From: Atractiella rhizophila
Lineage: Eukaryota
Assembly: GCA_021432655.1 (NCBI GenBank)
Contig: MU271276.1
Coordinates: 74,915 to 109,957 of the forward strand
Direction: 5' to 3'
Length of the DNA stretch: 35,043 nucleotides
Positions 12,251 to 22,093 of this stretch are shown in pieces. A program made the translations under genes and the position numbers. The stretch's first letter is position 1. The number at the start of each line of letters is the position of its first letter. Below the pieces are notes generated by a model. The model saw nothing but the letters and a program-made list of their open reading frames with translations, was not told where the DNA came from and ran no database searches.

Positions 12251-14778
12251 GATTTTTTGGTGATTTAGGATAGTCTCTCCTGTAGTGTCGCAATCAGCTC
12301 TCACTCAATGCAAGTAAATCAGCACATCATTCCTCCATGAGATCTGGCAACGCTACTCCATCCTATTTTTTTCGAGTTCCCCATCGCCTCTAATCATGAT
12401 ATGGGAATAGCAGCAAGAGCGCAAGAGCGAGACTCCTCGGCGTCCTTTTGTAAGCGTGAACTGCAAGTATACCTCAAGGTCATTTGAGGGAAGGAAGAAA
12501 CGTAGCATCAAGAACAGTCTATCAATTCACAGTCGGGATCAAAAATACAAGGAAAGCGAAAGTTCCAGCTGCCACCTAACGTCTCCTCTTTTTGGCCTCA
12601 TTCGGGTTCTTCCTCCCATACCCAACGACAGGCATTCCAGCGGTCGAATTCCACTTCTTCTCCCCTCCAAAGACCCACTCTGTTTCATCTAGATCACCCC
12701 TATCGCGTGCCTTCTCCTCTTTCTTCTTCCGTATATTCTCCTTTTTCACTCCCCGTTGAAACTCCTTCTGATCTTCTCGGAGGATGATGTTCTCGGCTCT
12801 TCCACCTTTGGGAGTAGGAAGTGAGTATTGAATACCACGGAGGCGATATTGATAGTTCCGCTTGAGATGGAGGACGTATCCCTGGGGATGCTTGGGAGAG
12901 GGAGTGACGTAGGTGATGGATGTGCGGAGCAGAGTGTTACCTCCACACGATGGGCAGAAGACCTTGGTCGTCTCTTTGGTGATTCTATCGGTCTATCAGA
13001 ATGCGTCTTCCACAACGAATCTAGATAGGACGAACTTGAAACAGCCATGACACCGCAACACCCACGTCCTAATATCCTTGATCCTCTTCCCCCCGACGCC
13101 GATCACATTCAACCCCAGCTGCAATGCAACATTCTGTACCGCAGTATCTCCTGTCATGATTGCCACATCAAAAGACTCCACCTCCGCCGATTCAGCTCCC
13201 CCTTTCCTCTTTTTGTCTAGGGAATGATCCTTTGAATCAACGTTTCCGGGTGTTATCCAGCCTTCTGAGTCGTCAGAATCGTCTGAAAGGTCACTTTCTT
13301 CTTCTGGCTCTTCAGAGTCGCTCTCTGCTGTGATGTTGGAGGGGTCTTCCGCCGCAGAAAGAGCGGTTGCAGTAGATGGAGGCTCATGCGAGGATGTAAG
13401 TCCCATGGAACTGAATTGTTCGGAGAGCCCATCTTCTGGAGCGTCCAACCGAGTATATGGCGATGGCAGCGCATTCTGACCAACGGTTTCCGGTGGGATA
13501 GATTGTGTCGCTTCAGATTTTTTGGTGATTTAGGATAGTCTCTCCTGTAGTGTCGCAATCAGCTCTCACTCAATGCAAGTAAATCAGCACATCATTCCTC
13601 CATGAGATCTAGCAACACTACTCCATCCCATTCTTTTCGAGACAAGGTTCCCATCTCTCTTAATCATGATGTGGGAATAACAGCAGCAAGAGCGAGACTC
13701 TTCGCGTCCTTTGTTGGAAGCATGAACCGCAAATATACCTTAAGGCCATTGGACGGAAGGAAAAGCGTAGCATCAAGAACAGTCTATCAATTCACAGTCG
13801 GAATCAAAATACAAGGAAAGCGAAAGTTCAAACTGCCACCTAACGTCTCCTCTTTTTGGCCTCATTCGGGTTCTTCCTGCCATATCCAACGACAGGCATC
13901 CCAGCGGTCGAATTCCACTTCTTCTCCCCTCCGAAGACCCACTCCGTTTCATCTAAATCACCCCTATCCCGTGCCTTCTCCTCTTTCTTCTTCCGTATAT
14001 TCTCCTTCTTTACTCCGCGTTGAAACTCCTTCTGATCTTCTCGGAGGATGATGTTCTCGGCTCTTCCACCTTTGGGGGTGGGGAGCGAGTATTGAATACC
14101 ACGTAGGCGATATTGATAATTCCGCTTGAGATGGAGGACATATCCCTGGGGATTCTTGGGAGAGGGAGTGACGTAGGTGATGGATGTGCGGAGCAGCGTG
14201 TTACCTCCACAAGATGAGCAGAAGACCTTGGTCGTCTCTTTGGTGATTCTATCGGTCCATCAGAATGCGCCTTCCACAACGAATCTAGATAAGACGAACT
14301 TGAAGCAGCCATGACACCGCAACACCCACGTCCTAATATCCTTGATCCTCTTCCCCCCGACGCCAATCACATTCAATCCCAGCTGCAATGCAACATTCTG
14401 TACCGCGGTATCTCCTGTCATGATTGCCACATCAAAAGACTCCACCTCCGCCGATTCAGCTCCCCCTTTCCTCTTTTTGTCCAAGGAATGATCTTTGGAA
14501 TCAACGTTTCCGGGTGTTATCCAGCCTTCTGAGTCGTCAGAATCGTCTGAAAGGTCGCTTTCTTCTTCTGGCTCTTCAGAGTCGTCCTCTGTTGTGATGG
14601 TGGAGGGGTCTTCAGCTGCAGAAGGTGCGGTTGCAGTAGATGAAGGCTCATTCGAGGATGTAAGTCCCATGGAACTGAATTGGTCGGAGAGCCCATCTTC
14701 TGGAGCGTCCAACCGAGTATTTGGTGACGGAAGAGCATTCTGACCAACGGTTGCCGGTGGGGTAGATTGGGTTGCTTC
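12251..14778. repeat. Direct tandem duplication of ~1.26 kb (copy A 12251-13514, copy B 13516-14778)
   Basis: Both copies start with an identical 95 nt (GATTTTTTGGTGATTTAGG...GAGATCT), then align colinearly at roughly 90% identity (estimated by eye). Confidence 0.97.
12576..13514 (-). pseudogene. NOB1: 5'-truncated duplicate of NOB1: acidic linker, C-terminal part of PIN, zinc ribbon and C-terminus; frame still open
   Basis: SEGWITPGNV, MTGDTAVQNVALQLGL, RCHGCFK, retained intron, FCPSCGGNTL, ILREDQKEF, GRKNPNEAKKRRR*. Lacks the N-terminal PIN (LVLDTSA) exon and the promoter. Confidence 0.8.
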
Positions 14779-15260
14779 TCCTTTTTCTGGTGCAACAGAC
14801 GAGGAAGGAGCCGTATCCGAAATAGCTTCTGCCTTAGCTGGTTCATCTTGTAATATCGGTGCTGCACTTTTAAGAGTCTTTTCAAGCTCATTTGACACAG
14901 TGACTAGGAGAGCAAGGATCCTCAAATCCGTGCGCGAAAGTGAGACGGTATCACCTGTGCGCTTCGCCGTCTCCGTGACTTTCTTTCCCATTTTCAATTC
15001 TCTCTAGTACAGCCTGTCTAAAACAAAAACGCACCTTTCGTATATGCATCTGCGCTCGGCTCCTTCACTACAATGTTGATACCAAGCAGCTCCAATCGCT
15101 CCAGAAGCTCTCTTGACGCTTTGTCTCGCACTTCATCGAGGACTGCTTGGATGGTAAAGAACTTGGTCGCGCCAGTGGCTTGCAGCGTGCTGATGGGGGA
15201 GGAAGACGAAAGGAGGGCAGAAGTATCGAGCACCAGAGTTTCTACCTTTGGAACTGGCAT
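13840..15260 (-). CDS. NOB1: Nob1, 20S pre-rRNA D-site endonuclease (PIN domain + Zn ribbon)
   Basis: LVLDTSALL, TIQAVLDEVRDKASR, AKRTGDTVSLSRTDLRILAL, GWITP, MTGDTAVQNV, WVLRCHGCFK..FCSSCGGNTL, C-terminal GYGRKNPNEAKKRRR*. Two introns. Confidence 0.95.
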
Positions 15261-15432
15261 CTTGGAGTTATCAGACCTTTATCAGAGAGCTTGATTTGAT
15301 CAGACTGATCTTGAAATTTTTCTGAAGGACACAGGCCTTTCGGCCGATGCTCAGCCTACGCGCACCACACGCGTCCGAAGGCAGGAAGACACTCATACTT
15401 CTACTTGTTACCTGATAGTCACAACCAATAGA
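15261..15432. promoter_or_regulatory. 172-bp bidirectional promoter between NOB1 and SMC6 with MCB-like elements
   Basis: Divergent ATGs at 15260(-) and 15433(+). ACGCG at 15358-15362 and the palindromic MCB box ACGCGT at 15369-15374. Confidence 0.6.
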
Positions 15433-18400
15433 ATGGCTCCCAAACGTTCTCATGAACCCAGCGACGAATCCGAGTCCGAGGGGGTGGACTCCGGGCCCTC
15501 CGCGAGCAAGCGGCAAAGAACACGCTCAGCTCTCGATAACACGCCGTCGACGCGTCTTGCCAATGCTGCAAACCCTTCGAGCGCGGGAGATGACGCCAGC
15601 GAAGATGATTTTGAGGAGGACGAGGACGAGCGAGCGAGAACGCAGCAGGGAGTCAACAGCATGAGAGAGCAGAGGGCACAGAGAGTTGGAGTGTGTTTTT
15701 TCTTTTTGAATATGGGGCAATGGCGTTGAGCGTTATTTGCGCGTGATAGAACGTTGCACAGGCTGGTGTAATAGAGAAAGTCGAATTGATGAACTTTATG
15801 TGGTCCGTATGACTGCTTTGAGCCTTTGTTGGAAGGAGGGTTGATGTGATATTTAGCCACAAGCTGCATACTACCACCTTCAAACCTCAGATCAATTTTA
15901 TCATCGGTCACAATGGCAGCGGAAAGAGCGCTGTCCTCACTGCCATCACTCTCGCCTTAGGTGGAAAGGCGAGCACCACGGTTCGTCTGCCCCCGCGTCT
16001 CTTTCACTATGGCTCACCTGCTGAGTATGTAGAACCGAGGAACCAATCTCAAAGGATTTATCAAAGAAGGCGAGACGCGAGCGCAAATCAGCGTCACGCT
16101 TAAAAACCAAGGCTCAGAAGCTTACGAGCCTGAAAAGTATGGCAAGAGTATCACGGTGGAACGAACGATCGATAAGACTGGGAGCGGGGGATACAAGATC
16201 AAGGCGGCGAATGGACGCATTATATCGACGAAAAAGGAGGAGCTCAATAGAATCATGGATGCTTTCGGGATTCAAGTGGACAATCCCATCACCGTTCTTT
16301 CTCAGGACAACTCTAGGTAAGTGCAAACCTCTTTCCTCTTTCTGTTGCTAATGGCGCACTCGTATTCTGCAGGATGTTTCTCAGCAACTCCTCGCCGAAA
16401 GACAAGTACAACTTCTTCATGCGCGGAACGCAGCTTTCTCAACTCGAAGCCGAGTATGCGCTCATCAAAGACAACGCCGACAGCTGCGCCATCACGTTGA
16501 GGCAGAAGCAATCAGCGCTCCCCGAATTAAAGAGAATGCTCAGAGAGTCTCAAGAAAAGCTTGTCGAGATCGAGCTGACGAAGAAGTCTGCGGAGAGGTT
16601 GGAAGATTTGAAGAAGGAAAAGATCTGGGCGGCTGTGGCTAATGCGGAGGATGACATTCAGAGGGCGGCGGTAATTTTGGAGCGCGAGAAGACGAAGGAG
16701 GGGAAGTACAGAACCGAGATTGACAAGCAGAAGGCCGCCTTGGAAAGTTTTGTGGCTCAGTTGGCGGAAGCGGAGAGGGAGAGGGACCAGTTTGATAATA
16801 CGACTGCCACGCTGACAGAGAAGGAAGAAATCAAGAAGATGTCAGCGGAGATCAAAGCCGAGCTTAGAGAAATCGCGGTTCGTAATTTGTTTAAAATGAA
16901 CCACTGTTTGCTAAGAGTCGGAAACAGGATCAAGAGCGTAGATTTGCGAGAGAATACCAAGAGCTTGAGTCGACAATTCAAGTCGTTCAAGATCAAATTG
17001 CGGAGGCTACTAGAAAAAACGGCAATCTGGCGGTTCAACAAGCTCGCGAGCAACGCATTCGTGATCTCGAGACACGGCGTGCGGAAGCAGCGAACTCGAT
17101 CGGCGATTTTAAGCTAAAGATTCAGGAAATCGAAGGACAACAAAGAACAAAGGGTCCCGAATTTCAAGCCTTGCGGTTATCGCTTGAGGATGCCAAAAGG
17201 GATGTTCAAAATGCGAGAATGTCCTTGAGTCAATTTGAACGTACCAGAGACAATCCCCTTGCAGCGTATGGACCGGATGTAATCGCTCTATGCCAGGCCA
17301 TCGACGCTGAGCGTGGTTGGAAGGTCAAGCCTTTGGGACCTATCGGACGGTATGTCAAGCTGAAAGACAGAAGGTGGTTGGACGTCGTTGAGACTGTTTT
17401 AACATCTCACTTGAACGCATTTGTCGTGCAAGAGGAAGAGGATATGAGGAAGCTCCGTGCCATGATGACGCGGTTTAAAGTGTAAGTTGTTTAGCTTTCC
17501 AATCTGTCCAGGTTTTGAAAAAAGAAAAGACACTGGTGTCAAGTCATCAAAAATCGATGGGACAGAAGTTTTGACTGCTCAGCCGGGGAACCGGACCAGA
17601 AATATCTCACGATTTTGCGTGTCCTGTCTGTAAGCAACCACTGGTCTGCATTTCTAGGGCTTATGAAGGCGAACAGTTTCAACATGACCACATCAGAAAC
17701 GTGCTGGTCGATGGAGCGCGCATTGAAGCAACAATCCTCGTTGAGGACGGTCGGGAAGCTGACGAAATCATGAGATATGCTCCCAAGAATGTCTTACAGT
17801 GTTATGATATTGATCTATACCGGCGTGGTGGAATGTTGGTCTTCCTCTTGCACTGACTGCACAACCACTGACTTATTGACAGTGAGGGTGGTGCTCAATC
17901 GATTGGTATATCTTCCCTTTCAGTGATAACCGGTATTGAAGGCTTAAATAGCTCTCGAAAAGTATAAGTATACACCTAGGCTGACGGAGGATATCGAGGC
18001 TGTCCTACAGTTCGCTTCCGTCTTAACGCTGACAATTCGCTTAACTGATCAATCTGCAGAGGGAAACGGCAACAAGTAGAAAGAGCCATCGTGATGCAAA
18101 ACGAGGCCCAAATGAGACACGACCAGCTCAATGACAGTTTAACCGCTCTCAACCTCCAACTTCAACAGACTCAGGTCCGTTCCCACTTAATATTCTTTGA
18201 TCTCTTGATGTTGATGTCTTTTGTTTCGTGAACAGCGTCAGCTTGCTTCAGTTCAAGACAAGAACAGGAGAGATGGCAACGAACTGAATATGCTCCAAGA
18301 CGAACTTCGACAGGATCAGCCTGAAGACATTGGGCATCTGCAAGATCAGCTTCAAGTATGTAATTCTTTATATCATTGACGGCCACAGCTGACATGGTAC

Positions 18401-19801
18401 GGTTTGAAGGGACTCGAAGCTGACCGCGCGAATCGCGATTTACAGTATAAAGCACTTGTAGAGAAGAAAACGGCCGCATCTGACCGAAATATTCCCCTTA
18501 TCCGTCGCAAAGAAGCCATTGATGAGATGGAAGCACAAAGGCACACGAGGATTCGAGCATATGACGTCCGTCCTTTATCCCAAGTTATACCTTTTGCTTA
18601 AGGCACTCTGGTTAACAGGAACGCACGAGCGCGATAACGAACTCAAAGGCTGTTGCGGAAGCCCATCTTCAACATTACGAAAAGAAACTTGACGAACATT
18701 CTGCCCGAATTGAAACCTTGACAGCACAGTTTGACGAGCTCACTGCCGAGCTTGGAAGGAAGGTCGAGGCAGCTGAGATGCAGTGCGAACGGCCAGAGAA
18801 GATCCGAAAGCAAGTTGAGAAGATAGCAAGGGAGATCGAAAATACGGAGAAGATCGTACGTGACAGAGAGAGAAGGTAGAAGCATTTGCTGGTATTCACG
18901 TCTCAGAAACAGAAGTGGCTGATTGGTAACATAGACAAGGCGCCAGTGCGGAGCAAATCCAAATGGAGTTCGACAGTCGAAAGAAGAACTTGGAGGAGGC
19001 TACGAAAGCAGTGCGCGACGTCGAAGTCTTCATCAAAGTGTGTCTTCTTTGTTTGCAAGACCAAGATGTCGAGCTGAAGTATCCAAGGCACTCTCCGCGT
19101 CCCTAAACAACCGTCTCAATCGCTGGTTGAGCTTCCGATTCACGATCGGCCGTCGAGCTAAGATGAATTTCCTATATTATCTTTCAATGCGTGGTTTCTC
19201 CGGCAGTCTGAGCTTCGACCATGATCGCCAGCGCTTGCACCTGAGAATTCAGACGGACGACAACAACCAGACGAAAGGGAAGGATAAAGGTGCGTTGTCT
19301 CGTTCTCAGTCTAACGAGATTAATTCTCACGTGCGTCTAGATCCAAAGAGTTTGAGTGGAGGAGAGAAGTCGTTTTCTACCATCGCTTTACTCCTCTGTC
19401 TATGGGAAGCTGTTGGTTGTCCCTTACGAGCCTTAGACGAATTCGATGTTTTCGTATGTCATTCTTCCCCTTCAAAGGAGTCTATTCTTGACACTGCACA
19501 ATCAACAGCAAGACGCCGTCAACAGACGAATTTCAATGAAAATGATGGTCGACACTGCCAGACTTGCCGATGAGACCCAGTTCATCCTCATCACACCACA
19601 GGGTAAGCGTCTTACCACCTTGACAAATCTCATCCTAAAATCTTACCTTTCAGATATGTCGACGGCAGCTCTTGGCCCTGAGACCCATATTGTTCGCATG
19701 AAGGGTTCGTGTCCCCTTTTAGTTTTGAGACTGAGTTGAGTTTTGCTGTTTTAGATCCTGGAAGGTCCCAAGGCACGCTCAGGTTCGGGAATTACAATTA
19801 G
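15433..19801 (+). CDS. SMC6: Structural maintenance of chromosomes protein 6 (Smc5/6 complex)
   Basis: [39 protein letters not shown] (Walker A, Smc6-type GHNG), Q-loop [11 protein letters not shown], coiled coils, hinge [11 protein letters not shown], signature [18 protein letters not shown], Walker [17 protein letters not shown]. Many short introns; stop 19799-19801. Confidence 0.95.
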
Positions 19802-20081
19802 ACAGCTTGCATTGCATCTGAGTGAGGTAATTTACAAAATGTTCCATCACCAACTTTTGAGAAAGAACTGTATCAATTATATCGTTATACGCAAATAATT
19901 GTAGACAATGTATTAATGCAAGACATTGTCCTGGATTATGCTTTATGCCAGAGAACCAAGAGCGGCAATACACAGGAACATATGGATAGACACAACAACT
20001 AGCAATGACAACAAGACGCTGAATACTGAATACAGTCAAGACAGAAAAAATCGAAATCAATAAAGGCTATCCCTCAAGAAA

Positions 20082-21652
20082 TCAAAGATTCCCTTCCTGA
20101 CACAGGTACAATGGACTCCTAACTCGGTAAAGATTCTCAGTCCAAGCCTCTGCTTCTTCTGGCAAAGGCGCCGTCCCAGTTTTGAGGCGTTTGAAATGAG
20201 GTATAGCGTTTTCCTTCAACTTTTGGATAAGAAGTTCTTGGCCAGCCAGCTTACCTGCGACGATTTCCTCCAGAGTGGGGGGAACCCTAGCGGCTGGCTT
20301 GTTGAGTTGTCGTTGGAGACGCAATTGACAGATTTTGAGGACTCTAAGTCGTTGGAAGGAATTGAATATGTTTCTAGACATTTCTCGATTTACGTGTTCG
20401 ATTACGGGACCCATCCAAAGTATTGCAAGTCGGGATTGATGCAAGAGAGCAGAGGCTTGTAGTGTTGCTCTTCGATATGGGATTTGATGAAAGAAAAAGT
20501 GCGAAGTTGAGGAGATTGTTGCAACAGGTCGAATAGGAAGGGGACGTGATCGTCCGCCCAGTAGGTGTAGTGCAATTCGAGAGTTTGAAGCTTTCCAATC
20601 CTGCAATTCTCCCACCATCCAATCTTGCTAACATCGTCAACCGAGTTCCAACAGGATAGTCCAAGGTGTTTAACCTTTGGGAAACTAGAAAGAAGCTGGA
20701 CTGAGAATGCCTTGAACGGTCGAGTGAAGTGGCTGCCCTCGTGAAAATAAAGGCCTTCGAGATGAGGGAAGGCAGCATCAATGTACTCGAGGACCTCCCA
20801 AAACTCCCTAGGGGTCGCTCTCCAAGTGGTGAAATCGATGTGAAGATGGTTGATGAACGGGACGTAGGTCAAGATCTCCAAAGTGAGAGCGGCAGAGATA
20901 CCTCTGAAGTGGATATTATAGACGCGCTTCGCAAGCGGAAGCCTCCGGCAAATGGTCCTCAGAAACCTCTCCGCTCGATCCTCGAAGACCAAACAAGGGG
21001 TGCGGTAGAGCAGTCGGCTGGCGACCTGAAAGAAACGCTTGTTTACCAAACAGAGGTTTCGATGGATCTGGGATGCCTTGAGAGCCGAAGTTTCGTCCTC
21101 AGATACCATCGCGATCACCGTGTCAATGACTTCAGTAATAGTAGTGCTCAAGTGATCCTTCAATGGGTAGTCCACTGCGATATGAGTTGGAGTAAGAGTT
21201 GCATCCTGTTTCTTTGTTGTCAGCTTTGGTGTCACAGGTTCAAAAATCGTCTCCAAGTTTTGATCTTTTGGATATTGACGGGAAGATTTAGGAGTTAGAT
21301 CTTGGCCCTCTTCATCGAGAACGATGGTTCTTGGGGGAGATGACAGGGTGCATTTCCAGCTCTCCTTGCCCTGGATAGCTTCATGAGCCGTTTTGATGCC
21401 AGTTTTGGCTTCTCTGGTTTTAGTTTCCTTGCGCAGTATCTCTTCCATGGAAAGTATATCTACTGCATTGGGAGAAGGAGAGGGGGAAGCATCGATATGG
21501 GCCGCTGGCGCGGGAACTGGAACATTGTCGGGAAGCAGCTGAGGGATGTTACGAAGCAACAGACCTTCCATCTGAGCCGTCACTTGACCGCGTGATCCAG
21601 CTGCAACGTTCCGTGATGCAGTGGCTTTCTCTGTAGAGAGTTCTTGAGACAT
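20082..21652 (-). CDS. Hypothetical protein, possibly F-box-like/RNI-type LRR; 3' exon structure uncertain
   Basis: 416-aa ORF with a disordered N-terminus, then NLCLVNKRFFQVASRLLYR (typical of basidiomycete F-box-like proteins) and LxxLxL repeats (FPHLEGLYF, FPKVKHLGL, KLQTLEL, SPQLRTFSF). Probably continues after an intron into the 20082-20370 frame. Confidence 0.55.
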
Positions 21653-22093
21653 GACTTGATGATTGCTTACGTTGAGGCGGGTCTGCCTGAGTGAACTGTT
21701 CCCGTATCAAATCAGCAAAGTACGTAAGAAAATAGCAAAAGCATTGCACTAACAATTTCGAGGAAATCTATGCTGTTGGGCGACTTTCTTGGTAAAAGAG
21801 AATGTAATTGTGGAATAGTGACCTGGACCTGTTATGGCAGTTGTTGATCAAGCAGACTGGCGGCAAACTCCCTAACGTGGAACATAAGCGGCAGTACACG
21901 GTATCACTGGCAGTGCGTTGTGAGGTGATAATTTCGTTGGATTGTGGGCCTGGAGAACTGTGCTGGAGCTTATGAAGGTGTTGATTATTGCTGCAAAGGA
22001 TAAGAGAATACTTGTGAGCTTTAATTTTATGTTTTGGGCTAGCGGTTGATGTGCACCGCGTCCTGGTGATGTTTGCTACGAATGATAGCCATA

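Noticed and set aside
12251..14778. Duplication as an LTR pair or transposon
   Set aside because: The repeat unit is host NOB1 sequence; there are no TG..CA ends, TIRs or transposase/gag-pol.
19440..19530. SMC6 D-loop reads DEFDVF-Q-DAVN rather than the usual DVFMD
   Set aside because: A single substitution at an exon junction with the catalytic residues intact; it also depends on acceptor choice.
15433..19801. SMC ATPase plus PIN nuclease as a defence module (Wadjet- or Lamassu-like)
   Set aside because: These are canonical intron-containing eukaryotic SMC6 and NOB1; nothing suggests more than adjacency.
20729..21298. 189-aa plus-strand ORF, and similar antisense ORFs over SEC2, RCY1, NOB1 and the subtilase
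   Set aside because: Shadow ORFs opposite better-supported genes, with no recognisable motifs.
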